NCBI GenBank assembly: GCA_965248265.1
Contig: CBDFJF010000001.1
Coordinates: 2,912,001-2,976,000, forward strand
Length of the DNA stretch: 64,000 bases
Direction of reading: 5' to 3'
From: Candidatus Latescibacterota bacterium
GTDB taxonomy: Bacteria; Latescibacterota; UBA2968; UBA8231
Positions 37,973 through 50,320 of this stretch are shown piece by piece (within the stretch, counting starts at the first letter, position 1; the number at the start of each line of letters is the position of its first letter). Under the pieces are notes generated by a model. It was not told the origin of the DNA. It made no database searches and saw only the letters and a program-made list of their open reading frames with translations. Made by a program: the position numbers and the translations under genes.

Positions 37973-39330
37973 CTACCTGCTCCTGTGTATGATTCTATCA
38001 CGGGCTGGTCCTCTCCCGTCTCCACCATGCGCCGCTGCAGCCGTACCCGTAAATCTTCCTTCACCTGCCCCAAACTCTCCTTGCCCACCAGGTTCTCGAG
38101 TTCATACGGATCAGACTGCAGATCGTACAGAAACTGCTCAACGTAGCGCGGCGACGCCATCTCCCACCGCCCATCCACTCCGGGCGCGTCAACGCCGTAC
38201 TTCCATCGACGCGTGCGCACTGCCCGACCGGTTTGTGATTCACTGACCTGAACCAACACCTCTTCAGGCCACCCATCTCGATCTCCCCTTAACAACGGCA
38301 ATATGGAGCGCCCGGCCATCTGCTCCGGCACCTGTAGACCGGCCGCGTCCAATAGGGTCGGAGGCAGGTCGATGAGGCTGATCAGCTCATGCACCATGCC
38401 GCCGCTGCGAAAGCCGTGTCCAGCCAGCATGGTGGGCACACGTATGGAGCTTTCGTGACATGAACGCTTGTACTCACTGTTACGTGTGCGGAAGTGACAG
38501 CCGTGATCGGAGGTCTGCAGCAACACCGTATCCTCTTCAAGACCGAGACTGACCAACGCATCCCACACCCGACCCAGGGCTTCGTCAAGGCGTTTGACCT
38601 GACCGTAGTAACCGCCCAGGTGACGGTGCGCTGAGCCTCCAAGGGCTGCCAGATCCGGCGGCATCCAACCACCGGTGAAACGCTCACGGTAGCCCTCGGG
38701 AGGGGGATAGTCATCTACATCGTTTTGATGATGAGGCTCGATGAATGAGAGAAACAGGAAGAAGGGATCCTCTTTCTTGGCATCGATATAGCGTATGGCG
38801 GCATCGGCCAACGCATCGACCCGGTAGCCGGGCAGCTTCACTTCGTTGCCCTGGCTATCATACAGGACGGTGTCGTACTCGTGTGAAGTAAACTCCAGGA
38901 CGTTCGACGCCAGCCAATAGTCGTACCCAAAGCGACGATCCGCCGGCACTGGGCCGTGAACGCTTGAATCATGCAAATGCCATTTGCCGATGTACCCGGT
39001 CTGATATCCCGCCTCGGCAAAATAGTGTGCCAGCGTGCGGCTATGCGCCGGCAAGGGGATGCCGTTTCGGTAGCATCCTGTCGATGTCGCGTACTGGCCG
39101 GTCTGCATGCAGGAGCGGGCAGGGCCGCAAACGGGCTGGCATGTGAAGGAGTGCGCGACATGCGTATGTGCGTGGGCGAGTCGGTCGAAATTCGGCGTTA
39201 ACCCCATCGGGTTGCCGTGCAGCCCGGTCGTGTCCCAGCGCTGCTGATCGGTGAGGAAGAGGACGACGTTCGGCCGCTGGCCCTGTCGGCCGTGCTCAGT
39301 ACCCGCCGAGAGTGGCATTCGCGTCTTCAT
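37969..39330 (-). CDS. Sulfatase (formylglycine-dependent); start uncertain
   Basis: PNVVLFLTDQQR, CGPARS (CxPxR), GKWHL, TSDHG. Confidence 0.92.
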   Translation of the reverse strand: MKTRMPLSAGTEHGRQGQRPNVVLFLTDQQRWDTTGLHGNPMGLTPNFDRLAHAHTHVAHSFTCQPVCGPARSCMQTGQYATSTGCYRNGIPLPAHSRTLAHYFAEAGYQTGYIGKWHLHDSSVHGPVPADRRFGYDYWLASNVLEFTSHEYDTVLYDSQGNEVKLPGYRVDALADAAIRYIDAKKEDPFFLFLSFIEPHHQNDVDDYPPPEGYRERFTGGWMPPDLAALGGSAHRHLGGYYGQVKRLDEALGRVWDALVSLGLEEDTVLLQTSDHGCHFRTRNSEYKRSCHESSIRVPTMLAGHGFRSGGMVHELISLIDLPPTLLDAAGLQVPEQMAGRSILPLLRGDRDGWPEEVLVQVSESQTGRAVRTRRWKYGVDAPGVDGRWEMASPRYVEQFLYDLQSDPYELENLVGKESLGQVKEDLRVRLQRRMVETGEDQPVIESYTGAGR

Positions 39331-40633
39331 CCAGCTTCTTGAGCGCCTGGTCGATGTCAGCGCCCTGGGCTACTGCCACCACGACCTGCTCGACGTTGCG
39401 GCGAACTACCTGGTACCCGGCCATGTTGGGCTCGGACTTGCCGAAGGGCAGCAGCTCAAAGACCGTCCGGTACCTCGGGTACTCCTCGAAGTAGGCGTTG
39501 AGTTCCTCCACCATGCTGTGTCGCACCGGGAAGTAATTGCTGGCCCGTGCCCAACGCGCCTGCTGCGCCGGAGCCGTGAACCACTTCAGGAACAGCCATG
39601 ATGCCAACTCCTCATGCGGGGTGGCGCGGCAAACGGACAAGCTGGCGCCGTACACGTTCATGACAGGTTGATCACCGACGTACGGCGGCGGTGCGACCTG
39701 CCAGTCGAAGGACAACCCCCCCTCCTCGATGGCGCTGCGCACGAACGGAAGTCCAGAGGAGGACCGGATCATGAACAGACTCGTCCCCACGACGAATTCC
39801 TCCTGGTCGCCGTAGGGACCGCTCATCAGTTCGGCTGCATCCTCCCCGATCAATGTCTGCATCAACTCCAGGGCTTGCCGGGCTTGAGGCGAGTCGAACT
39901 GGTAGCGGCCGTCGTTCACCAGTTCACCGCCGCGGCTGTACACCATCGTCGCCAGCCTGCTCGCGTCCCAATCGTAGATGAACCCCAGGCTCCGCTCCTT
40001 GTGCTCGGATCGGCTGAACGGCCGGTCACGGGCAAGACTGCACAGACGCGCGAACTTCGGCCACGTCCGCGGCGGTTCGCGCTCACCCAACTCGGCCAGC
40101 CAATCGGCGTTGTAGTACATGATTTCGAGCGATCTATTGGGCGGAAAACCGATTTGCGCCCCGTCTCCGGCTCGGTCCTGATCCATGAAGCTGGCGATGT
40201 AATCGGCTCGTTGCTCTGCCGTCAACCCCCAGCGTGACGAACCGATATAGCGATTCAAGTCGACGAGCCCGTCGGCTTCGTGGTACAGCAACGCTTGATT
40301 CTGGTAGGCGACGAGCAGATTCGGCAGCGCCCCTCCCTGTAACCCCGTCATCATCTTGTTGTAGATATCGCCGTAGTTACCCGAATACTCCCCCTGAACC
40401 GTGATGCCGAGTCCGTTCGATTCGTTGAACTCAGCGATCATCTTCTGCAGCTCTTCCTCACGTTCACGCGAGTGCTGGTACCAGAAAACCACCTTGACTG
40501 GTTGATCAGCACTCAACTCGATGGCGTCTGGATCGACCATGACGTCGCTTTTCCCACGGCCACCGCCTCCGCAAGCCAGTAGAAGGCATTGGGCAAGCAT
40601 GAAACCCGTCCTCACGAGAACCCGCATCGTCAC
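39296..40633 (-). CDS. Carbohydrate ABC transporter substrate-binding lipoprotein
   Basis: Lipobox LLAC, PPRTW, ASWLFLKW, SNYFPVR. Confidence 0.88.
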   Translation of the reverse strand: MTMRVLVRTGFMLAQCLLLACGGGGRGKSDVMVDPDAIELSADQPVKVVFWYQHSREREEELQKMIAEFNESNGLGITVQGEYSGNYGDIYNKMMTGLQGGALPNLLVAYQNQALLYHEADGLVDLNRYIGSSRWGLTAEQRADYIASFMDQDRAGDGAQIGFPPNRSLEIMYYNADWLAELGEREPPRTWPKFARLCSLARDRPFSRSEHKERSLGFIYDWDASRLATMVYSRGGELVNDGRYQFDSPQARQALELMQTLIGEDAAELMSGPYGDQEEFVVGTSLFMIRSSSGLPFVRSAIEEGGLSFDWQVAPPPYVGDQPVMNVYGASLSVCRATPHEELASWLFLKWFTAPAQQARWARASNYFPVRHSMVEELNAYFEEYPRYRTVFELLPFGKSEPNMAGYQVVRRNVEQVVVAVAQGADIDQALKKLDEDANATLGGY

Positions 40634-41469
40634 CCCTTCGTTCCTGACATCGATATGCCCTCAGTAAACTCCTTCTGGATCAATGCGTACAACAGCAGCA
40701 CTGGAATCGTAGCGATCACAGCGCCGGCCATTTGCAGATGCACCTCGGCGCCTGCCTCACTGACGAACTTCAGCAGCGCCACGGAGATCGGCCTCCACTC
40801 CGGGGTGTTTGTCACCAGCAGAGGCCATCCCAGCGCGTTCCAGGAACCGATGAAGGTCAACATACCCACCGTCAGCAACGGCGCGCGACACAAGGGTAAT
40901 ACTATCTGGAAGAGAAATCGCAGGTGTCCTGCCCCGTCGATGCGGGCCGCCTCCCACAACTCGGTAGGGATACCACGCATGAATTGCCGCAACAGGAAGA
41001 TGGTGAAGGCGCTGGCCATGAACGGAATGGTCAGGGCGGGCCAGTTGTTGATCCAGCCGATAGGAGTATGCTGATGCAGCCAGGTCACAGTGAGGAAGTT
41101 GGGCACCATCGTCACCGTCTCCGGGACCATGAGCGTGGCGAGAATGATGATGAAGACGGCTTCTCGGCCGCGAAAGGTCATTCTCGCCAACGGGTAGGCG
41201 GCCATCAGCGAAAACAGCAGCGTGCCGCCGACCTGGAGCGCCGCGATGATGAGAGAATTCTCGAAGTACGAGCCGAAGTCTTCCTCACTCCAGGCCTTAA
41301 CGTAGTTATCCCATTGAATGTGCTCGGGCAAGAACACTCGCCTGAGCGTCTCGCTCCTCGTCATCATGGACGCCAACAGCATCCAGACGAAAGGAAGTGC
41401 GGCGATGAGTCCACCACCCACCAACCCGACCGTGAGCACGATCTTCTTCTTGTTGCGGCCGGTGTCCAT
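40630..41469 (-). CDS. Carbohydrate ABC transporter permease
   Basis: EAARIDGA EAA loop. Confidence 0.93.
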   Translation of the reverse strand: MDTGRNKKKIVLTVGLVGGGLIAALPFVWMLLASMMTRSETLRRVFLPEHIQWDNYVKAWSEEDFGSYFENSLIIAALQVGGTLLFSLMAAYPLARMTFRGREAVFIIILATLMVPETVTMVPNFLTVTWLHQHTPIGWINNWPALTIPFMASAFTIFLLRQFMRGIPTELWEAARIDGAGHLRFLFQIVLPLCRAPLLTVGMLTFIGSWNALGWPLLVTNTPEWRPISVALLKFVSEAGAEVHLQMAGAVIATIPVLLLYALIQKEFTEGISMSGTKG

Positions 41470-42615
41470 TCAGTCTCCGTAAAAGACCCGCTGCCCCAGC
41501 AGCCGGTTTTGCAGCACCGTTAGCAACAGAATGGCACCGAACAGGATCAGGGCCAACGCCGACGCATAGCCGGCATCATGGAACTGGTAGATCTGGTCGA
41601 AGATGACGACGGGAAGCACATCGACGGAGTCCTGCGCTCCGGCCGAGCGCATGATGTAGATATGGTTGAAGGCCTTGAAGGTGCCGATGACGCCGACCAG
41701 AGTTAGGAAGAACAGGGTGGGCGACAACAACGGCAGCGTCACGTGGGTAAAGCTGCGTATGGCCGAGGCCCCGTCGATGGCGGCCGCTTCGTAGAAGTGT
41801 CGTGGGATGGCGCTGAGACCCGCCAGCATGATCACGGTGTTATATCCCACGTAAACCCAGATGTTGTAGAGGATGATGGAGACGAGGGCCAGACTGGGAA
41901 ACAGATCATTCACCCACTCGGGCGCTCCCACGCCGAACCCCTCCAGCAGCAGCGCCACCACCGAACGCCCCTCGAACAGCCAGCGTTGATTGTCCAGGCC
42001 GAACCAACCCCAGAACCTGTTCGCTATCGATGACGGATGCGGGCTGAAAATCGTCCGGAACACTACAGCCGTAGCGATCATCGGCGTGACATAGGGCAGA
42101 AAAAAGAGCATTCGGAAAACGCCCTTTCCCCTCTGTGCTCTGAACAATAGATACGCAAGAACCATCGAAATGCTGATTTCGGCCGGGATCGTGCCCAACA
42201 CGTAAAACAGGGTAATCTTGAAGCCGTTGTAGAGCCTCAGATCGCCGCTGTCGGCAAGACCCGCCAAGGCGATGGCCAGGGCGACAACCGCTGCGGTCAT
42301 GAGCACGATACTCGCCACAACCCATGCTCTGGATGGGTCCGTCCGTCCTTCTTCCTCTCCAGTTGTCGAACTGCGTCGTCCACAACGCCAGGCCAGCCAG
42401 ATGAGTGCGGCGGCCAAGACGGCGAGTCCCAGGTGAGCCGGATCTCCCAGCGCCCTCAGATAGTGGCCCAGGCCCACCACCTCTCCCTGGCGGATGCGCC
42501 AGGCGTGAAGGCTGACGTAAAACGCGTAGAAGATCGGGAAGATGCCGAAGACTGCCAGCACCAGCAGAGCAGGCGCCATCAGTAACCAGGCAGTTGCGTT
42601 CTCTCTCGTCTTCAT
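41470..42615 (-). CDS. Carbohydrate ABC transporter permease
   Basis: YEAAAIDGA, TLPLLSPT, GYASALA. Confidence 0.92.
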   Translation of the reverse strand: MKTRENATAWLLMAPALLVLAVFGIFPIFYAFYVSLHAWRIRQGEVVGLGHYLRALGDPAHLGLAVLAAALIWLAWRCGRRSSTTGEEEGRTDPSRAWVVASIVLMTAAVVALAIALAGLADSGDLRLYNGFKITLFYVLGTIPAEISISMVLAYLLFRAQRGKGVFRMLFFLPYVTPMIATAVVFRTIFSPHPSSIANRFWGWFGLDNQRWLFEGRSVVALLLEGFGVGAPEWVNDLFPSLALVSIILYNIWVYVGYNTVIMLAGLSAIPRHFYEAAAIDGASAIRSFTHVTLPLLSPTLFFLTLVGVIGTFKAFNHIYIMRSAGAQDSVDVLPVVIFDQIYQFHDAGYASALALILFGAILLLTVLQNRLLGQRVFYGD

Positions 42616-42701
42616 CACGCCTAGTTGTCAGGTGTCTTTCGCGGTATGCAATAAGAAAGCCCCTGAAGCAATCATTCGCGCGCTTCAAGGGCTTTATTCA
42701 A

Positions 42702-42775
42702 TGGCTGCCCCCCAGGGATTCGAACCCCGATAACATGATCCAGAGTCATGTGTCCTACCATTGGACGAGAGGGCA
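42702..42775 (-). tRNA. tRNA-Gln(CTG)
   Basis: Cloverleaf; anticodon arm CATGA-CTCTGGA-TCATG; GTTCGAATC; CCA end. Confidence 0.95.
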
Positions 42776-42781
42776 GTAAAG

Positions 42782-42874
<93 letters not shown>

Positions 42875-42896
42875 CATAAGACAGCTCCTTCACATT

Positions 42897-42984
42897 TGGC
42901 GGAGGGCGAGGGACTCGAACCCTCAAGGGTGATTAACCCGGCGGTTTTCAAGACCGCTGCCTTACCAATTAGGACTAGCCCTCC
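42897..42984 (-). tRNA. tRNA-Ser(TGA)
   Basis: GCGGT-CTTGAAA-ACCGC anticodon arm, variable arm, GCCA end. Confidence 0.93.
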
Positions 42985-43067
42985 CTGTGCCAGATCGCGG
43001 CAAACCCGTCGCGGACGCGACAAACTGTGCCGCGTAGGCAAAATATAGCCTTCAGTTTTTCACAGCG

Positions 43068-45626
43068 TCAATTTTCCTGGCCGCCGTCCTCCACATCACT
43101 ATCGGCAGCCGCCTGACCATTGCCTGAATCCGCGTCTCCGCGATCCGCGTCACCGCGATCCGCATCATCGCGATCCGCGTCATCGTCGGCTCCCACGTCG
43201 CTGCTTTGTGCCACTCGGGTCATATCGATGACGTGGTCCCCCTCGTCCAGGTTGATGCAACGGACACCCTGGGTATTGCGGCTGATGCGTGAAATGCCCT
43301 CCACCGGAATCCGGATCATGATGCCGTTTCCGGTCACCACCATCACTTCGTCGTCATCGGTGACCTGCTTGCAGGCGACGACCCGTCCGTTGCGCTCGGT
43401 GGTCTTGATGTCGATGACCCCCTTGCCGCCGCGATGGATTCGAGGGTACTCGGTCAGATCGGTGCGTTTGCCGAAACCGTTTTCGCTCAGCGTCAGCATC
43501 GATCCTTCCTCATTGAGGACGACCATGTCCACGACTTCGTCGTCGCCGCGCAACGCAATTCCTTTGACGCCGGTAGACACCCGTCCGGTCGGCCGCACAT
43601 CACTCTCGTGAAAACGCACGGTCATGCCGTTGCGAGTCACCAGGGCAATATCCTGCTCACCGTCGGTGATGGCGGCGTCGATCAGATCGTCGTCATCCTG
43701 AATTTTCAGCGCGATAATGCCGTCGCGGCGCACGTTGCCGTAAGCCGACAGCACGGTCTTCTTGACGATCCCCTGACGCGTTGCCGTGAACAGGTAGCGA
43801 TCTCGCGTGAATTCGTCGACGGTGACGATCGCTGAGATCACATCCTCCGTGCTCATGTCGAGCAGGTTGACCACGGGACGACCGCGGGCGGTGCGTTCCC
43901 CTTCGGGAATCCGATACACCTTGAGCCACCGGCACTGTCCCTTTGAGGTCAGAAAAAGGATATAGGCATGGGTGGAGGCAATGAAGAGATGCTCGACATA
44001 ATCCTCTTCTTTGGTCGCCATGCCCCGAACTCCGCGTCCACCTCGATTCTGCACCCGATAAGCGTTGGGCGACATGCGCTTGACGTAGCCGGATTTCGAG
44101 ATCGTCACCACCATATCCTCTTTAGTGATCAGATCCTCAATCACGAACTCTTCGGCCGCGTAGACGATCTCGGTCCGCCGTTCGTCGCCGAACTTCTCTT
44201 TGATCTCGCCGAGCTCTTCCTTGAGAATCCGCATCTGCTCGTCACGATTCTCCAGGATATGCTTGAGTCGCGCGATCGTTTCCATCAGCTCCTTGTACTC
44301 TTCCTCGATCTTGTCGCGCTCGAGTCCGGTAAGCCGCTGTAACGCCATGACCAAAATAGCCTGCGCCTGGATCTCGCTGAGCTGGAACTCCCCCATCAGG
44401 GCTGTGCGGGCTACTTCGGGATTGGCGGATGCCCGGATCGTCGCGATCACGGCGTCGATGTTGTCCAACGCTATGCGCAACCCCTCCAACACGTGAGCTC
44501 TGGCCTCGGCCTTGTTGAGGTCGAAGCGGGTTCGGCGCAAGACCACATCATGCCGGTGCTCTATGTAGTGCTCGAGCATCTGCTTGAGGTTGAGCGTCTC
44601 TGGCCGGCCTTTGACGACGGCCAGCATCATGACGCCGAAGGTCGTCTGCAGCATGCTATGGGCATAGAGTCGGTTGAGAACCACTTCCGAGTGGGCGTCG
44701 CGCTTGAGTTCGATGACGATCCGCAATCCGTCGCGTCCTGACTCATCACGGATGTTGGAGATATCTTCGATCGTTTTACCACGTACCAGATCGGCGATCT
44801 TTTCGAGCAGTCCCGATTTGTCCACGAGGTAGGGAATCTCCGTGATGACGATATCCTCGCGGTTGTCCCGGCGCGTCTCCACGTGGCTGCGAGCTCGCAG
44901 CTGGATCATGCCGCGGCCGGTCCGATACGCCTGGTGCACGCCCTGCATGCCGTGGATGACACCGCCGGTGGGAAAATCCGGCGCCTTTACGTGCGCCATC
45001 AAGTCGGCCACCTCGGCCTGGGGGTTATCGATGAGCAACTCAAGCGCGTCGGTGATCTCACTGATGTTATGCGGCGGAATCTTGGTGGCCATGCCCACGG
45101 CAATGCCGACGGAGCCGTTGCACAGCAGATTCGGAAACTTGGCCGGCAGAACCTCTGGCTCCTGCCGCGTCTCGTCGTAGTTCTCGATGTAGTCGACGGT
45201 GTCCCGATCGAGATCGGCCAGCATCTCGACCGCGGCATGACTCATGCGCGCCTCGGTGTATCGCATCGCCGCCGGCGGGTAGCCGTCGATCGAGCCGAAA
45301 TTCCCCTGGCCATCGATCAGGGGATAGCGCAGGCGGAAGTCCTGGGCCATATGAACGAGCGTCGGATAGACGATGGCCTCGCCATGTGGGTGATAGTTAC
45401 CGGAGGTGTCACCAGCGATCTTGGCGCACTTTCGATACCCTCGCCCGGGTTGCAGATTCAGATCGTTCATCGCCACCAGAATGCGACGCTGTGACGGCTT
45501 GAGGCCGTCGCGCACATCCGGCAGGGCACGCGCCAGGATGAACGACATGGAGTACGAGATGAAGGAGGTCTTGAGCTCTTCTTCGATTCTTATTGGAAGG
45601 GTCTTCGATTCCCGTTCTTCAGGCAT
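43068..45626 (-). CDS. gyrA: DNA gyrase subunit A
   Basis: RALPDVRDGLKP, AAMRYTE, GyrA-box QNRGGRG, pinwheel repeats. Confidence 0.98.
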   Translation of the reverse strand: MPEERESKTLPIRIEEELKTSFISYSMSFILARALPDVRDGLKPSQRRILVAMNDLNLQPGRGYRKCAKIAGDTSGNYHPHGEAIVYPTLVHMAQDFRLRYPLIDGQGNFGSIDGYPPAAMRYTEARMSHAAVEMLADLDRDTVDYIENYDETRQEPEVLPAKFPNLLCNGSVGIAVGMATKIPPHNISEITDALELLIDNPQAEVADLMAHVKAPDFPTGGVIHGMQGVHQAYRTGRGMIQLRARSHVETRRDNREDIVITEIPYLVDKSGLLEKIADLVRGKTIEDISNIRDESGRDGLRIVIELKRDAHSEVVLNRLYAHSMLQTTFGVMMLAVVKGRPETLNLKQMLEHYIEHRHDVVLRRTRFDLNKAEARAHVLEGLRIALDNIDAVIATIRASANPEVARTALMGEFQLSEIQAQAILVMALQRLTGLERDKIEEEYKELMETIARLKHILENRDEQMRILKEELGEIKEKFGDERRTEIVYAAEEFVIEDLITKEDMVVTISKSGYVKRMSPNAYRVQNRGGRGVRGMATKEEDYVEHLFIASTHAYILFLTSKGQCRWLKVYRIPEGERTARGRPVVNLLDMSTEDVISAIVTVDEFTRDRYLFTATRQGIVKKTVLSAYGNVRRDGIIALKIQDDDDLIDAAITDGEQDIALVTRNGMTVRFHESDVRPTGRVSTGVKGIALRGDDEVVDMVVLNEEGSMLTLSENGFGKRTDLTEYPRIHRGGKGVIDIKTTERNGRVVACKQVTDDDEVMVVTGNGIMIRIPVEGISRISRNTQGVRCINLDEGDHVIDMTRVAQSSDVGADDDADRDDADRGDADRGDADSGNGQAAADSDVEDGGQEN
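43128..43185. repeat. About 4 copies of a 15-bp tandem repeat in the gyrA acidic tail
   Basis: ATCCGCGTC(A/T)(C/T)CGCG units encoding DADRD/DADRG. Confidence 0.85.
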
Positions 45627-45641
45627 GGCTTTCGCGTCGTC

Positions 45642-47690
<2,049 letters not shown>

Positions 47691-48044
47691 CTATTGTGTC
47701 CGGCCGGTTCCCCGGGGAAAGGGATCCTCAGTGGCCGGTTTGCTCACCAACCGAATGTCCTTGATGGTGGGTGAGCCGATGCGCTCGTTTATGCGCCTGA
47801 CCAGATCAGCCTTGACAAAGCTCAATTGCGTGCGCCATACCGCCGAGGGTACTGCGACCTCGAGACGGGCGTGGTGCACCCGCAGCGCCCTCGATCGCGA
47901 GGCCAGCTCCGGGCCGGCTACCTCGGGCCAGGTGAGTACGGCCTGCGCCTGCGCCATCTTCTCCTCCATGCCCAGGTCGCCGATTACGGCCTTTAGCAGG
48001 CTGCCGATGCCCTCCGCCTCGGAAGGCTCTCTGGTTTCGTCCAT
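47691..48044 (-). CDS. DUF721/DciA family protein
   Basis: WPEVAG...LEVAVPSAVWRTQL...IKDIRL; located between recF and gyrB. Confidence 0.85.
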   Translation of the reverse strand: MDETREPSEAEGIGSLLKAVIGDLGMEEKMAQAQAVLTWPEVAGPELASRSRALRVHHARLEVAVPSAVWRTQLSFVKADLVRRINERIGSPTIKDIRLVSKPATEDPFPRGTGRTQ

Positions 48045-48046
48045 CC

Positions 48047-49144
48047 TCAATTGGCCAGGCTGATCTGTTTGAAGCCTGATGGCAGTGTTCCGCTCGGATC
48101 CTTTGGAGCGGTGAAAACGACTTGATCCAGCTGGTCGACACTCTGCAACACGGCATCCGTGCGCCGACTGTCGAGCTCCGAAAAAACATCGTCCAGCAGC
48201 AATACCGGAAGCTGCCCACTGCGGGCCTCGAGAAACCGCAGTTCCGCCATCTTCCATGCCAGTAGCAGGCTCTTGAGTTGTCCCTGCGAGCCGAATGAAT
48301 CGGCAGCGACCTCGTCGAGTTGAAATCCGAACAAATCCCTGTGTGGCCCCTTGCACGTGTAGCCGACCCTGACTTCCTGGTGGCGCGCCTCCAACAACTC
48401 ACCGCGCAACTCGTCGGCGGATTCCTCATCGGATGGCACGTCCGTGCCGGCGTCGATCGGTGTTCCCCTGTAGACGATCCCGGCCTGCTCCGCGTCATCG
48501 GAGAAAATTCGGTAGTAGTCCTCTACGTGGGTGGCAAGTTCGGTCAGCGCCTGAAGGCGGGCCCGACGAATCATTCCACCGCTTCGAGCCAGTTGGCCAT
48601 CCCACACGTCGATTTCATCCGCGACCGGCCCTCGCCCCCTGCATCCGCGCAAATAGTGATTGCGTTGAGTCAGAACACGCTGGAATCGCTGCAACCCCTG
48701 CAGGTAATTGACATCTGATTGCGACACCAGGATGTCGAGCAGACGTCTGCGTTGCGGCCCGAAGCGCAGCACCAGCGCGACGTCCTCCGGGGCGAAATGC
48801 ACTGATTGAAACTGACTCACAACCTCGGACACACGTTCCAGTGCCACGCCGTCTACGAACCCCCGTTTACCGTCCGTTGTCCCGTAGAAAACTCTCAGCT
48901 CACGATCTCGATCGCCATCCCGCCAATGGGCCTTGATGTCGAAAAAGTCGCCGCCGTGCGGAACGATCTCCTGGTCCCGAGATCCGCGAATCGACTTGCC
49001 TATCGACAGGTACGAGATCGCCTCCAGAATATTGCTCTTGCCCTGACCGTTGTCGGCGACGATGAGGATGGCGCTCCCATCCAGGCAGAGCTCAATTTCC
49101 TTTAGGTTTCTGTAGGGTTTTAGCGTCAGCCGGTGGAGTCGCAC
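48047..49144 (-). CDS. recF: DNA replication/repair protein RecF
   Basis: NGQGKSNILEAI, GPHRD, SQGQ, LLLDDVFSELD. Confidence 0.96.
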   Translation of the reverse strand: MRLHRLTLKPYRNLKEIELCLDGSAILIVADNGQGKSNILEAISYLSIGKSIRGSRDQEIVPHGGDFFDIKAHWRDGDRDRELRVFYGTTDGKRGFVDGVALERVSEVVSQFQSVHFAPEDVALVLRFGPQRRRLLDILVSQSDVNYLQGLQRFQRVLTQRNHYLRGCRGRGPVADEIDVWDGQLARSGGMIRRARLQALTELATHVEDYYRIFSDDAEQAGIVYRGTPIDAGTDVPSDEESADELRGELLEARHQEVRVGYTCKGPHRDLFGFQLDEVAADSFGSQGQLKSLLLAWKMAELRFLEARSGQLPVLLLDDVFSELDSRRTDAVLQSVDQLDQVVFTAPKDPSGTLPSGFKQISLAN

Positions 49145-49156
49145 GCGGATGCATCA

Positions 49157-50320
49157 TCAGCTGCTTGGACGCATCGGCATCAGCAAGTAGTACGACTCTT
49201 CTCCCTCGGCCTGCACACTGGGGCGCACGATGGCCGCTGTTACGGAGTCGCGCAGATCGAAGACGACATTGCCCGCTCCCATCTTCCGCAGGATTTCTAT
49301 CAGGTATTGCGCGTTGTAGGCCAGCTCCAGCGCTTCCCCCGCGTACTGCCCCGGTATTTGCTCCCGGGCTTCTCCGCCAATCTCCTGACTGGACGCGTTC
49401 AGCTCCACGGCGTCGTCGCTGAGGGCCATCCGTACCTGGTGCGTGTACGAGCTTGAGAGAATGGACACTCTCCTTACTGCTGGAAGCATCTCATCCACCG
49501 GGACGGTCAGACTCTTGTCATTCTCCCGCGGTACGACTTGCTCGTAGTCGACGTAGGGTCCTTCGATCAAGCGAGACAGTAGCCGGGTTTCACCGAGCTC
49601 GAACAGAACCTGACTGGATCCGACCGTAACTTTTTTCAATTCCGGAGAGCCCTCCAGCAATTTGCTGATCTGCGCGCAAACCTGTGGAGGAAGTATTACT
49701 TCGGTCCCCTCACCCAGCCCATCGATCCCAGATCCATTCCACTGCTGCTTGAATTCAGCCAATCGGCTGCCATCGGTGGCGACCATCGCCATGTGCTCGG
49801 CCTCAAGGCGCCACAACACCCCGTTGAGGACCGGCCTGGTTTCGTCTCGAGAAACGGCGAAACTCGTCTTGTCGATCATGGACCTGAGCAATTGACCATC
49901 AGAAATCCCGACTTCCTCGAAATCGACTGTCACGCCATCGATCGAGTCTGGCATTTCTGGAAACTCTTCGGGGGGTGCGGTTGCCAGACTGTAGCGTCCC
50001 TCACCTTTGTCCTGACCGAGTGAGCCGCTGACAACGAACCGTCCGTCCTCCACAGATACGTTCAGGACGCTCTCAGGCCATTCTCGCGCGATTTCAGCCA
50101 ATGTCCTGGCCGGAACAGCCACTCGCCCCGGTTGATCAACCTGAGCACTAATCCTCGTCGACATGGACAAATCTAGATCAGTCGCACCTAGCGTTACTCC
50201 GCCTTCACCAGCATCCAGTAGAAGGTTGGAGAGTACCGGCTGAGCTGGCTTGGACGGCACTGCGTCCAGGACAGTGCTGATGCCCTTCCACAACTCACTT
50301 CGATCTACAGACAATTTCAT
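49157..50320 (-). CDS. dnaN: DNA polymerase III beta clamp
   Basis: ATDLD, TRPVLNG, VATDGSRL, LLMPMR. Confidence 0.97.
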   Translation of the reverse strand: MKLSVDRSELWKGISTVLDAVPSKPAQPVLSNLLLDAGEGGVTLGATDLDLSMSTRISAQVDQPGRVAVPARTLAEIAREWPESVLNVSVEDGRFVVSGSLGQDKGEGRYSLATAPPEEFPEMPDSIDGVTVDFEEVGISDGQLLRSMIDKTSFAVSRDETRPVLNGVLWRLEAEHMAMVATDGSRLAEFKQQWNGSGIDGLGEGTEVILPPQVCAQISKLLEGSPELKKVTVGSSQVLFELGETRLLSRLIEGPYVDYEQVVPRENDKSLTVPVDEMLPAVRRVSILSSSYTHQVRMALSDDAVELNASSQEIGGEAREQIPGQYAGEALELAYNAQYLIEILRKMGAGNVVFDLRDSVTAAIVRPSVQAEGEESYYLLMPMRPSS

